A DNA stretch of 57,775 nucleotides, filler included, from Sphacelaria rigidula (Eukaryota), in assembly GCA_964200075.2 (NCBI GenBank). It is 8 parts of 8 records of this genome, joined end to end, with 100 filler letters (N's around TTAATTAATTAA, not from the genome) between each part and the next. Parts side by side here need not be neighbours in the genome. Positions count along the whole stretch, not along the records: positions 21,707 to 28,840 come from CAXNAA020016314.1; positions 28,941 to 36,074 come from CAXNAA020016315.1; positions 36,175 to 43,308 come from CAXNAA020016316.1; 5 more parts are not named here. The stretch is one strand, 5' to 3'. The translations under genes were made by a program, and so were the position numbers. Under the pieces are notes generated by a model. It saw only the letters and a list, made by a program, of their open reading frames with translations, was not told the origin of the DNA and ran no database searches. This document shows, piece by piece, positions 26,436 to 38,519 of this stretch (its first letter is position 1; the number at the start of each line of letters is the position of its first letter).

Positions 26436-27159
26436 CACGGGCACATGGGCTACGATCAACTTCGCTAATTGTCCCGTCTGAGGAAACAGGGAGGGGTGTA
26501 ACGAAGGTGCGAAAAGACACAACGGCCGGGAAATAGTAAGCGAGCGATATAAGATGCACACGAACGGCCGCTTCATATCAACCTACGGCAGCGAAGCGGT
26601 GCATTCGAGGTTGTAAATAGTTGCTGCACTGTAGCACGGCGTCATTGCTTGATGGGAGGGCTGTGCTGGAGCTATTGACCTGCGCATAGGAACGTGCAGA
26701 ATGCTTCAACACGGTGGCCGACGTCGACACGGACCATGGCAACTATTACCTGTTTGACTGCACCGTCGATCAGGGTATGTCTGAACACAAACACGAACCC
26801 GGAGATCGAAATTGAAATCATACTCCATTTCCAGTTCTTGTCTCAACAGTTGGATCGGGCATCGGCAGCGAAAAGGCGTCTGAGAGGTACGAGATATGCG
26901 CCCATAACGACCAACAGCTCACAAACCACACAGCCAATCCAAGGGGTTCAAGAGCTGATCAGAAGAGATGCACTGCCCCCCGCCCACAGAACACGATAGC
27001 CCTCAAGACAGCGCTTACTCAACCGCGTGCGATGTCCTTGTTATGGCCACGATCCGCCAAGGAAGAGTTTTAACGACTATTTTCGCGAAAATCGCACAGC
27101 ACAACAATTAATGCCAAAGCTGGACACTTCGGGCGGAAAGACCATATAGCTGTCCCCTG

Positions 27160-27226
<67 letters not shown>
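27160..27226. repeat. (ACATAT)n microsatellite, tail of the adjacent SINE
   Basis: About 11 perfect hexamers. Confidence 0.95.
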
Positions 27227-27546
27227 TATTATTATTACTATTTTATTTTTTTCCCTCACACTTTAACCCCTCCCTTTCCTCGGGATGAGTCCGTCGTCTC
27301 AGGGGATCAACCCATCTCTCCCCCGGTACGCGCCTTTCATTTTGATCTCGCGAATTGGGTCAGCACCCCCGCACCGCGTCAACTCGCGTCACACGAATCT
27401 AGTCGACTACTTTGTTTACTCACGTTCTTACGCTTTCCACGGTGGAAATCATACGTCAAGAAGGAAATACCCAACGCATCGGGAATCGAACCCCCGTTCT
27501 CTCCACCGTAATGGCGACAGTCGGATAATTACACCATCGGGGCGCG
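27227..27546 (-). mobile_element. tRNA-derived SINE (family 2)
   Basis: Head GCCCCGATGGTGTAATT...GGTTCGATTCCC (A and B boxes), followed by a body and a microsatellite tail. Confidence 0.75.
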
Positions 27547-27684
27547 GCGGACAATACTTTCTCAATATGGAACTCTTTGTGTTCGTCGATCAAAGTCACT
27601 TGCGTTTCAGTGGAGTTGGGCCATTTGTGGACATGTGCACGTTTTATTGTTGTGGGTGTCTGTACACGATGCTGTATGCCCTGT

Positions 27685-28060
27685 GTTTTTTTTTTTCTTG
27701 AAGGGAGGAGAAAAACCTGACCCAACACTTACCCCGCGAGTGGGTTCGTGTCCCGATTACCCCGAGGCTCGGCTAGACTGCCTCACGGCCGTCATGTGGG
27801 GGAGGTGCCTCGATCTGTCGCAAGCTTTGCTCAAGGCAGTGTGAGGGTTCGACCAACTCAATCCCCGTGTAAACTTGGCGCAGTGCACGCGTCGCCCTGC
27901 TCTTGAGAGCGTCGGCCCTAGGCCCTGAAGTATCATGCACACGTCTGCACCTCAGAAACCTTCTGACACGCACTGGCGATCGCGCAAGCCCTTCACGCCA
28001 CGCTTTGCAACGGTCTCAAATGTGCTCAAGCGTTCCGGTTCTAGGTAAGTGTTGGGGATA
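27685..28060 (-). mobile_element. A-tailed non-LTR retrotransposon 3' end, possibly REL-endonuclease type
   Basis: Shares its 3' UTR with 12835-12960. Upstream EGF*GADVCMILQGLG resembles the G.RG......L..LG tail of RLE-type elements. Confidence 0.55.
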
Positions 28061-28530
28061 TTGTTGCAAAAGGCTTGAAGAATCAAAAGCCGTTCGGTTG
28101 CGGTTCAAGGGAGTGAGCGGACTAATTCATCACACAACAGCACCACACTTCTCTTCTGATTTTTAATTTTTTTTATTTTGTTGTTGTTGGTTATGATGAA
28201 ACGCACCCTCAACGTCAGCGCGTGTCTTGACCCGAACGTTACATAAACGGTTTGAGATCTGAGTTAGTCCGTATGTTGTTTCGGGGGTAGATCTGGGTTC
28301 GCGCAGAAGAACGACCGAAGGGACGAAAGGTAACTTGACTAAGCAAGGTACTGCAGCAGCTAGGCCCTGTGGTACCTTGCTCTAGACCTAGCTCAAGTCA
28401 CAGAGGAAATACTCATTTGGCACTTCATGGATTCATGCATATGCAGAGGTTCCTCGCTGCACAACCCCGCTTGTCAGCACCTGTGAGACGCCCGAGCACC
28501 GGCGAACTTCATCTCACGTAGCTCACTCTC

Positions 28531-28720
28531 AACACTTTGTACGATACCTCCCCCCGCGAAAAAAACAACAGCCCAAAACTGCCACGAAAAGAAATGGTCA
28601 TACAGCGCCTAGTGTTCGGGTTCAGGCTGCATGAAGCGCCTCATTCGGGCGTCATTGGCGAAAACGAACCCAAGTGTGGGACATCTCAGCTGCTCGTTGT
28701 GCTTCGTTTTTTCCACTTTG
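28531..28720. mobile_element. Partial MITE (ACACTTTCTACGATA TIR family)
   Basis: Inverted homology to 33074-33343 and 44028-44289. Confidence 0.7.
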
Positions 28721-28765
28721 ATTCACGTGTGGATCCCGCCTCCCCAAACCAGGCACTTTTTCGGC

Positions 28766-28840
28766 GGGGGGGAGGGGGGGGGGGGGACCCATGATCATGC
28801 ATGCCATAGTCATGAGACCATTGGCCTCGCATCCGTACAA
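28766..28840 (-). mobile_element. Poly(C)-tailed element, subfamily A (cut by scaffold end)
   Basis: G-run followed by ACCCATGATCATGCATGCCATAGTCATGAGACCATTGGCCTCGCATCC. Confidence 0.75.
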
Positions 28841-28940
28841 NNNNNNNNNNNNNNNNNNNNNNNNNNNNNNNNNNNNNNNNNNNNTTAATTAATTAANNNN
28901 NNNNNNNNNNNNNNNNNNNNNNNNNNNNNNNNNNNNNNNN
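28841..28940. other. Artificial scaffold spacer
   Basis: N44-TTAATTAATTAA-N44. Confidence 0.99.
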
Positions 28941-29055
28941 GATATATCCCATTCGAACTTGGGGGGGTGTCATTCATCGTTGATTTAACCCGACATGTAC
29001 GTGAGTGACCCTCTGGGTGCCCAACGACAAGAGCGTGCGAGACGCCAGTTGGGGG

Positions 29056-29161
29056 CGTACTCATTCGTTGCTCGCCCTAGTCGTTTGACCACTGACCACG
29101 CATCCCAATCGAGACGGAGCACCGTTCCTACTCCTAATAGAGACACCTCCGGCATTCTGAA
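29056..29161 (-). mobile_element. Poly(C)-tailed element, subfamily B, with 12-bp TSD
   Basis: GCCAGTTGGGGG at 29044-29055 and 29162-29173; the empty paralogous site is at ~31872-31897. Confidence 0.88.
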
Positions 29162-29479
29162 GCCAGTTGGGGGGAGGGGGGATGAGACATCAAACACTTG
29201 TTAAGACCTTCTTGACATACGGAGTGAAAAAACATACCTATGTTGGTGACCTAGCCATTTTTAGCGTGGTGCAGAGGGGTGCCTCCATGCTGCAATCTTG
29301 AGCACGCGCTGGCTGCGTGAACACCTCGATACAGTAGCTTTCAAGAATTAATTCCGATGTGAGAAGGTCACTCATTACAACCTGGGGCGAGATATGACCT
29401 CACGAAGAACAAGAGTGCTTTGATGATCAGCCACATGTCGTTGCATTTGACGCCCACGCCATCAACCGCCGACCGCAAA

Positions 29480-30180
29480 GGTCTTGTAGCCTTCAAGCAA
29501 CGCTGGCGGTAGTACGGGAGGCAAACCCGATCATAGCTAGCTTTCGTCGCTCTACTGGACTGGCTGGCGTCTGCACAGAGGTCGCCCGGCGTAGCAACAT
29601 GTACCAAATTTTGCAACCTCTGTCACAACAAAACAATCCGATTTTCCCAGCTACATAAACATGATTAAAAGGACTCTTGTGATCTGAGGAGCTGTGGCTT
29701 CCCTGTCCTTCCGCCAGGTATAAAAAAAGGACAACAGAGTTTCTGCAATCGCATGTAACACTCGTGGGGGAACATATACGTTCTCCTCAATATAATTCCG
29801 CGTTTTCCAATCTGCAAACCCTTTAATACCCGTTGCTTCTAATAAGAACGCTAAACTGTCAATTTCTGTTCCGTTTTGTACTGATCGCGGTATGTCCATG
29901 TCAGGAAGGTTTGGTGTTGCTGTTTTACAGTATCTTCGCACGTGTGGGCGGACCCAAAGCGGCAACTTTTTCTCAGACCACAAGAGTCATTTTAATCATG
30001 TTTATATAGTTGGGAAAACCGAACTGTTATACTTTCGCAGAGATTGCGAAATTCAGTACATGTTGCTACGCCCGGCGACCTCTGTGCAGACGCCAGCCAG
30101 TCCAATAGAGCGACGACAGCTAGCAATGATCGGGTTTGCCTGCCGTACTACCGCCAGCGTTGTTTGAAAGCGACAAGACC
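29480..30180. mobile_element. Long-TIR element (~207 nt arms) enclosing an ORF fragment
   Basis: 29480-29687 is the reverse complement of 29972-30180 (GGTCTTGT...ACAAGACC). The core holds the stop-free minus frame 29651-29983. Confidence 0.75.
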
Positions 30181-30399
30181 ACACGTGGACCGATGGCACC
30201 TTGTAGGACGTGCTGCACAGGGTTCTCTTGTGAAAAAGTCTGTACAGCATTTGCAAATCCTAGTACCTCTTCCAGTATTTTGGGTGGCGTTTTTCTCGAG
30301 ACTCTGTAAGCAACCCTGTGGAGAGGCACTTCCAGTTTGAAAATACGATATTATTTTGTTACAAAACTTATGAATTTATTTGTTTAGAGAAGCTGTCCG

Positions 30400-30950
30400 A
30401 GATAATTCCTCTTTTCGCCCGATTTCCAACTGGGCAATCGGGCGAAAAGAGGAATTATCTCGGACAGCAGAAGAAACTATTCGAAATAGATTTATTTTTT
30501 TCCCACTTGAATTGGGGAAAAAAAGGATCTATTTTGAACAGCTTCATTTGCTACACAAGTCTCATACACATGTACGGGATTTGTGAAGCAGATGAAGCTG
30601 TTCAAAATAGGTCCTTTTTTTGCCCGAATAATCTGGGCAAAAACAGGACCCATTTCGAACAGCTTCATCTGCTCCACAAATCCGATACACATTTGAAGAT
30701 TTAGGATATATACAGGAGAAGAAGCTCGAAATAAATCCTCACTTTGCCCACTGTGTCATCCAGAAATTGGGCAAAAAGAGAGCTTATTGCGAACAGCTTC
30801 GACTGTGCAAGGTCCGCACACCGCACCAAAATCAGCGGATGGGATCCGAAATGCAGCAAAGATTGTTGAAAATGATCTATCCTCTTGCCCCACAATTTAT
30901 ATATCAATTGGGCTAAAGAATAGCATTCTCAACAGCTTCTGCTGAACACG
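30400..30950. repeat. Repeat with multiple GAACAGCTTC subunits and a ~100 nt palindrome (30520-30621)
   Basis: CTATTTTGAACAGCTTCAT pairs with ATGAAGCTGTTCAAAATAG; further direct units follow. Confidence 0.7.
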
Positions 30951-32657
30951 AATATTAAACATTGCTTACGAGTGTATGTCCACACGCCTGAGCTTGGATA
31001 CGATTCTTCGGCCTCAGGCGTGGGTGATGGGATACAGGTGTATACCTCGCATATCTACGCACATAATTCATTAAAATCCCGTGGTTCAATGTCTACCAAC
31101 ACAAACCAAATGATGTTCAGAGAAAATCACTCAATCAATCATGCTTTTGTTTATGGAGGTTTTTGCTTGATATTTTTTGAGAGCACAAAAACTACCACGA
31201 TATCGACAACAAATCGAGTAGTTCTATGTATATCTCGTCGTGTTCACAAGCAGATAAGCTTGAGTTCAATACCATACCCATGCTGTATGATAGAGTAAAT
31301 TGTATGTGCGCTATAAACACTGGCTTCATTGATTAATTGTGTGTCGCACTTTAACTGACTCCCCAGGGGTCTAGCCGTGGTCTCATGATAGACGTACCCA
31401 AGAAACTGTACAGCATATTAACAACAATGAACAGTACTTGGGGTGACGCCACCCTGTGAAGCGTACTATGTGGCGCAAAAAAACACCGTACAGCCTAATC
31501 CCCGCGAGAAACACTGCGCAGTTTCCCTAAACCCTGCAGACGTGCCCCACAGGGTGCTATCTGTCCACGGTGACCTTTGCGGTCGGCGGTTGATGGCGTG
31601 GGTGTCAAATGCAACGGCAAGTGGTTGATCATCAAAGCACTCTTGTTCTTCGTGAGGTCATATCCCGCCCCAGGTTGTAATGAGTGACCTTCTCACATCG
31701 GAATTAATTCTTGAAAGCTACTGTATCGAGGTGTTCACGCAGTCAGCGCGTGCTCCAGATTACAGCATGGAGGCACCCCTCTGCACCACGCTAAAAATGG
31801 CTAGGTCACCAACATAGGTATGTTTTTTCACTCCGTATGTCAAGAAGGTCTTAAAACGTTTGATATCTCATCCCCCCTCCCCCCCCCCAACTGGCGTCTC
31901 GTACGCTCTTGTCGTTGGGCACCCAGAGGGTCACTCATATACATGTCGGGTTAAATCAACGATGAATGACACCCCCCCAAGTTCGAATGGGATATATCTG
32001 TTGTTTTCGCCGCACCACTGTCCTAGCTGGCATGTGTGTATGACAGAGAACAGTAGTAGCGGTGACGGGAATATTGCCCTATTTTTCAACGGCATGTTTT
32101 TCAGCACACAGAGGCGCGTCCTGTCCAAAAGGAGAGGCAGAGAGAAATCGATATTCGAATTGGGGAGCTCCACAGGAGAGAAGAGACGGAATCTCTCCGC
32201 ACCTCGATGTTCCGGCACGTAGAAAATTGGGCACATGCTGGTAACATCGATGATGTCAGTCTCTCGAGCGATTGGTAATGGCCGAGCGGGGGCACACAAA
32301 GGACACGGGCGAAGAGCTTCCTCTCTGTCGTTGCTTCTCTCTCTGGTGATATCGTCATCGATACGCGTGTACACCGCAGTCGTAAGGTACACCTAGCCAT
32401 AGCTGCTTGACTGCTGCGGCCATTTGGGTAGGAAGATGGCTTCGCTCGCCCGTAAGTGTTTCGCGTCATCCCTGCAAAAAAGAAATGCCACTTGAACCTC
32501 ATTTTTGAGATGGACCCCATTTTCTAGGATCCGCTGTTATATGTGCACCCCTACCGTAGCATCACTCCAGCGGCAATCCAACTGCTGCTACTGGACAGCA
32601 TATTAGTCGTGTACCAGGTGCGGCACGTCGCACTATAACCTAGAGTTGGATAGGCCG

Positions 32658-33032
32658 TATATATATATATATATATATATATACTCTGTGTGTGTTGCCA
32701 TTCCAGTTATTTTGTACGTCGGTCTACACCTTTCTGTATGTGTGAGCGCACCCGCCGAGATCGCACAGGGGGAAGGTCACTACAGGAGCCTTTCTTTTTA
32801 TTTGCTTTAGCCTCCACCTTTCTTCTGCGGTGCTTGCCTTCATTTTTTATCGCGAGAGGGGTTCAGCGATCCCTTCCCTCGTCGACTGTTAACTCGAATT
32901 TTGTGAAACCACGACAGAGCTGCACTCCGCTGCTGGGCATTGTGTGAGAAAAAAACAGTTCGCTCTAAGACTGGAACCCACGACCCAACCGTCAGAAGGT
33001 TTCGACGTTGCCGACTGAGCCACCGGGGCGGC
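32658..33032 (-). mobile_element. tRNA-derived SINE (family 1) with (TA)n tail
   Basis: Aligns with 13120-13482; (TA)13 at 32658-32683. Confidence 0.85.
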
Positions 33033-33073
33033 CGGCAACTATGTGTATCTGAAAGTAGTACAATGCACAGCAT

Positions 33074-33343
33074 ACACTTTCTGCGATATCCGCCCCCCCG
33101 AAAGTGGCTGGTTTGGGGGGGCAAAATCTACACGTATATCGAAATGAAAAAAAATGACCATAGCGAGCAGCTGGGAACTCCAACGCTTGGGTTCGTTCCC
33201 GCCAATGTCGCCCATATGCAGCTCCCCATATGAGGCGCTGCATGCAGCCTAAAACCAAACATCAGGCGCTGTATAACAGTTTTCTTCGTGACAGTTTTAG
33301 GCTTCATTTGTTTTTTTGGGGGGGGGAGTATCCCAGAAAATGT
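33074..33343. mobile_element. MITE (ACACTTTCTACGATA TIR family)
   Basis: Collinear with 44028-44289; degenerate TIRs. Confidence 0.75.
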
Positions 33344-33589
33344 CAACAGCAGACTGGGTGGAATCCTAGAGAGGTATCGAGATATACAAGGGGCCTCAAC
33401 AAAACAGCACAGGTACCACAGCCCCCCGCCCCTCGCATCTACCCCAGTGCGACCATCAGAAGAACCACCATAGAAAAAATGGGTGTTTGTTTTTCGACTA
33501 CTGTAGAGCAATGCTGCGGTAGGGGCGCACTTTTAGCCCAAAATCTTGTCTTGTTCAGGGACTCTTGACGATTCTAGATGCACAAGAGT

Positions 33590-35030
33590 ATGGGTCAGGT
33601 GCCGGCAAACCTAGTCGAATGCAAAACGAATTCGATGTCAAACGCTGGAGTACTGGGTAAATATGTACTGTCCGTAGTGGACCACCCCCACAAAAAACTC
33701 TTTTTGACAGAGTCTTCACTGCATTTGGCATCCCGGAAAAGCTGCGTTTCAATTAAAGAGTCAAGATCGAGAACAACCTATTATACGCACTGCAACAGGA
33801 GTTGGGTTAAAAAAAAACTCGCACGACACCGCTGCGCCCGCAAGGTAATTCAGTGTCGGAACAAGTCCACTATACCATGCACGCGATCTTAGCTATACAT
33901 ATGTCAGTCGGGAACAAAAGCTGGGTATCCATGCTTCCATTCGTCCAAATGGCGTACAACACTTCATATCACAAGACAGTACAAAAGCCCGTATTTTTTG
34001 TTGTTCGGAAGAATGCCCAGATCACTAATTGACATTATACTCGGCATACCTGAAGAGAGCCAAGCAGCAACACCCGAAAAATTTTCCAAAGAAACACGGG
34101 AAAACCTACAGTTTGGATTTGAAATTGCGAGACGAGCCATACGGGAAAAAGCGAACGAGCAAGAAAACAAGAGCAAATTCAAATCTATCCCAGTGTTCAA
34201 ACCCGGTCAAAATGTACATTTTTACCCGCCATACCAGGACTCAGGATGGCCGAAACAAAACTCCAGTCACCATGGAGAAGACCTTTCATGATAACCGAGA
34301 GACTATTGCCGGTTGTGTACATAATCAAAATAGGCGACAACTCTAAAGAAATATCAGTACATCCCGCTCACTTGAAGAAATATCATCCGCGGGAAACACC
34401 ACCCGCATCAGATGTCGATAACTCGAGCGAGTTGTCCCTAGACAAACAGATACGTCTACCAGAGAGACCAACCACACAAAACGCTGCCTACGATAAAACG
34501 TTACGCTGTCGAAAAAGTGGTAGGTCACGCGCTAGGCCCAGGTCGAAGAAGTCGTTACAACAATCAACATCTGTTGAGACTCCAGGGCTGCGGCCCAGCG
34601 GCTGACCTGACCTACCGTAGAATTGCTCAGCACCGGACTTTGACAAGGGGTTGGCTGAATGCTCACATGTGGACTCGGAATCCAAAACTACAGGGAAACG
34701 GAAACGGATGTGACTGTTTAACAGACTGTTCGACCGTCCTAGCAAAACGCCCAAGGGTTGAACAGTAACCTGAGGTCAAAATTCGCACATTACTGAGACT
34801 TAAAAGCTACAGCCCAGCAGCTGACCTAACCTATCGAGCTGACGAAACACCACAAGGTGGACACCTCCTCGGTATATACCGTTATGACAAGGGGTTAGCA
34901 AAGCGCTCACATCCGGAGTCGAAACCCGAAAGTACCGGGTAACGGAAACGGATGTGACTGTTCAACAGACTGTTCGAGCGTCCTAGCAAAACACTCAAGG
35001 GTTGAGCAGTAGCCCGGGATCACAATTCGG
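33590..35030 (+). mobile_element. Degenerate Ty3/Gypsy integrase with GPF/Y region and duplicated chromodomain-like tail
   Basis: Fragments GKYVLSVVDH, RVFTAFGIPEKL, TTPLRPQGNSVSE, WVSMLPFVQMAYNTSYH, FLLFGR, FKPGQNV, KLQSPWRRPF, VHPAHLKKY, VVGHALGPGR; stops and frameshifts throughout. Confidence 0.9.
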
Positions 35031-35169
35031 AGATCAAGGAGAGTCACAAGAGAAGAAAATGAAAAATGGCGTTAGAAGAATGCAGACGTGAACGGGAAAA
35101 TATCTGATATGTCAACGGTGACTGGGGTGCAACTTCCCAAGGAAGATAACCCCTCAGCAATCGGGATAG

Positions 35170-36005
35170 TGCTGATCATTTTGACGATGTTTAGACAAAA
35201 AAGCACGATGCTCACAGGCCGAAAACATCGTATGCACCGCTTTGTTACTAACACGAAGACGTTGTCCTGTTTTGGTGTCAGCGGACAAGAAAAACCCAGG
35301 CGCCTGTGGACCGTCCAGTGTCCCAGTGCCCAAACATGTAGAAACAGCAGATGCATCCAGCACCAAAGTGCAACGCATCTTGTGGAAATAGATCATATGG
35401 GACACACTCATATGCCACAAATGATACGAAGCAAAGGACATGTCGATGTTTCATCAAAGAGCACAATGCTCGCAAGATGAACATCAGACACACCGCTTTA
35501 GTACTAACGCGAGGACTGCGTCCTATACTCCGGTGTCCGCGGAACCAAAGGCATCCCAGAACCCGAGCAAGAATACCTCAAGCGCCCGTGGACCGGTCGG
35601 TGTTCCAGTGCCTAGTCAGGTATACCTAACTGATGCAGCCTGCACCAAAGTGCAAAAGCATCCCATAAAACATGTGTCACACATGATGCAGTTATTTGAC
35701 ACAACAATACAAGAAGCAAGGGTCATTTTGACGATGTTTAGCCGAAGGAGCACAATGCTCCCAGGTAGAAAAACAAAAACACATGTATCTTCAACACCGC
35801 CTTGTTACTAACCCGAGACTTGACCCTACTCAGGTGTGTGCGGAACCGAAGGCATCCCGACATCCCAGAACCCAGGCAGGAATAACTCAGGCGCCCGTGG
35901 ACCAATCAGTGTCCCAGTGCCCAGTCATGCATACCAGCAGATGCAACCAGCACCCAAGTGCAAGTACGTCTGATGGAAACATGTCACATATGATAGCTAC
36001 ATGGC
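35170..36005. repeat. Diverged tandem array of three ~270 nt units
   Basis: Recurring GATGTTT...GCACAATGCTC...GCGCCCGTGGACC...CCAGTGCC...GCACCAAAGTGCAA blocks. Confidence 0.75.
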
Positions 36006-36012
36006 AGTGCCG

Positions 36013-36074
36013 GTCGCCCCGGTGGCTCAGTTGGTAACCTCGTAACCTTCTGATGGTTGAGTTGGGGGGTTCGA
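36013..36074 (+). mobile_element. tRNA-derived SINE head (family 1), cut by scaffold end
   Basis: GTCGCCCCGGTGGCTCAGTTGGTAAC...GGTTCGA. Confidence 0.8.
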
Positions 36075-36174
36075 NNNNNNNNNNNNNNNNNNNNNNNNNN
36101 NNNNNNNNNNNNNNNNNNTTAATTAATTAANNNNNNNNNNNNNNNNNNNNNNNNNNNNNNNNNNNNNNNNNNNN
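36075..36174. other. Artificial scaffold spacer
   Basis: N44-TTAATTAATTAA-N44. Confidence 0.99.

Positions 36175-36236
<62 letters not shown>
36175..36236. repeat. (AAT)n microsatellite
   Basis: About 20 perfect units at the scaffold start. Confidence 0.95.
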
Positions 36237-38519
36237 TACACTTGTGCCTCTAGAAACCATTCGGGGGATTCCAGTGTTATTGACACGGACCTTCGAGGGC
36301 AGCCCCAAAATTCAGAAGTACAAAAAACTCAACCAATCCGTATCGAATGCCACGCGTAGCTCCGTGTGTAACCGGCGTGTAACAATGTCGTGAAGTCGAG
36401 GGTCCGACTCCGCTCCAGCCTGATCGGTTCTTTTTTCCGCCAATACCTTGCGCCCGCAGCTGCTTGTGAAGGGTAGTGGTTGTGCGTAAACACACTGCAC
36501 AGCATTCCCNNNNNNNNNNATACATCTTTCATGACCACTGGAGGGAAACCCTGTGCAGCGTCCTGTGCTACCCTGGAAAACACTGTACAGTAAAATTCCC
36601 GCCAGAAACACTGCGCAGGGTACATAGACCCTGTAGACCCCCTCCACAGGGTGCTATCTGTCCACGTGTGACGTGCTTTTGGGCTGCGGGATGGTTGTTG
36701 GTACAGCCCTCTTGAAGGATGATGGGAACAACGCACGCAGCAGCTATGGCCCTTGTGATCAAGGCGTGCTGAGCTCGGGGTTCCGGTTACAAAGAAAGAT
36801 GTATCTTGTCGTGAACGGAAGGGTGTCGACTTTTGGCACAGGTCGACCGTCTTTCCAGGCGAACAAAATACAATTCCGCGGTTGGCTGGTGAAATTCAAA
36901 TTTTGGCTCTTATTTATACATTTGACACCTGCCGCGAAACAAGTGCCAAGTTAGCTCGATGTGGTCCACAAAATCGACCACATTTCAAGAACTGCATATA
37001 TTTGACGACGACCTCCCGCGTAAACTCCTTTGCCACCGCACACTTCACATAAAACACAGTCTCCCTCCATCTCGCTCGAGGGTCTTCAGCATGCCTTGGG
37101 CCAGGATTCGGGTGTGGAGCAGCATTGGGATTCAGGACATGACCATCACAAATATTTATATATTGAAATCTGACGACCACCTCGTCAAGTAACCTCGGCT
37201 CGGCACTTTGATCTACACGCAGCAGAACGGGGGGTGTATGCGGTATGGCGCCGTGGGGCCGCTGGGTTCTTGTACTGCTGTCGTAGATGCGTGTTCTTGT
37301 GCACAAGAATACCAAGGCATAGCTCGGGTATGACAGGGGCATCACTATATTGGGTCTTGGAATCGAATGGGAAAACCTCGCATGAACCCGGCTCTACAAA
37401 TTGGTCTACACGTGAATAGGCTGGGCGGCTGAAGGATTATTTCGGCGGTACTGCTATTGCGGAGACATGTTGCAAACCTTGCGCTGAAGCACCGATCCGC
37501 GAGATGAAATGGCGTGGCGTTCTCGCGCGCGTGTGAGCGAAGCATACTAGAAAAAAATGCATCATCTTGCTGGCGGGTGTTCGTGCGTTATCCACGGATA
37601 CACACGTGGCTGACATGAAACAAATAGAAGCCCACCGGAATACCCTGATCCTATGTACTGCAGCGTACCAGCTATTAATAGGCACAACAGGTACAGAAAT
37701 AAGATATAGCTGCAGCAGCCTCTTCAATTCGGGGTATAAGAACTACCGTCCGTAGAGTAAGTTGCAGGTACGTTTGAGAGCATGAAGACATACCCAGCAA
37801 GCTCTCACCGACGTGTGATCGTGTCGGGCTGAAACCGTTCCACGCACTCCCCAGCCGTCGCCTTCTCTGGCCCCAGCTTCTTTCCCGCTCTCTTCGGTCC
37901 CGGTGAGCGGGCGCCTCGCGTTTCACCGACCTCCAAGGTTGTACCCAGCTCTAAAAACAGGCGGTAAGCACTACTTGCGTATCGACACCTCAGACAGAGA
38001 CAACACTGCCTCTCAACCGAGGGGGTGGCGTAAAGTAACTTGTACGGTCGTCAATAAGGGGACGAACGAGAAGCTTGTTGATCCTGCTCTACCTCCCCTA
38101 TGCGCGAGTATGCGTGATTGTTTCGCCGAGGGTGTACGCGTCTGTTCGAGAAAATAATGGACCGAGAAGAAGATGGGAAGTGTGTTTTTGTGGGACTTCC
38201 GCAAGATGGTTGTACATCATATGCAGTCGAGTAGAAACATGAAGCGCGGTAAGTAGGCTTTCCCGCCACAATGAAACCGTCGCTCGATGTAATTTTTCCT
38301 GTGTTTGGTTCATGACAACCCATGCTAAATATAGGCGGAAGATATGGATCGCGCGTCGGGAGGGGGACTTCGAGCGTGCAAAAGCGCTCGTGTAGCTTGG
38401 TGGTAAGAGAGGCCACGGGCAAAAACCGGACATAATCACATCAATCCCCCTATATGGCGTAGATGTGGTCCAACCACACCTACATTCTTCTGTAGCGAAT
38501 AAATAATGGAAGCAGTAAC

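Larger units (their letters stand above)
28941..31998. repeat. Large inverted duplication (arms 28941-29483 and 31572-31998)
   Basis: Arms are near-identical reverse complements apart from a 106-nt insertion plus TSD in the left arm. Confidence 0.9.

Noticed and set aside
29250-29310. GGTPLHHA ankyrin-like peptide on the minus strand
   Set aside because: A single short match in a stop-interrupted frame within a repeat arm.
35170-36005. CRISPR-like array
   Set aside because: Units are long diverged tandem copies without unique spacers, the context is eukaryotic and there are no cas genes.
36013-36074. tRNA-Arg-like gene (also 7269, 13420, 32960, 27470)
   Set aside because: In the complete copies the acceptor stem is not closed and the head runs into a shared repeat body; these are SINE heads.
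36700-38450. Protein-like minus-strand frames (EDPRARWRETVFYVKC...)
   Set aside because: Probably a decayed TE or gene, but no RT, recombinase or transposase motif could be recognised.
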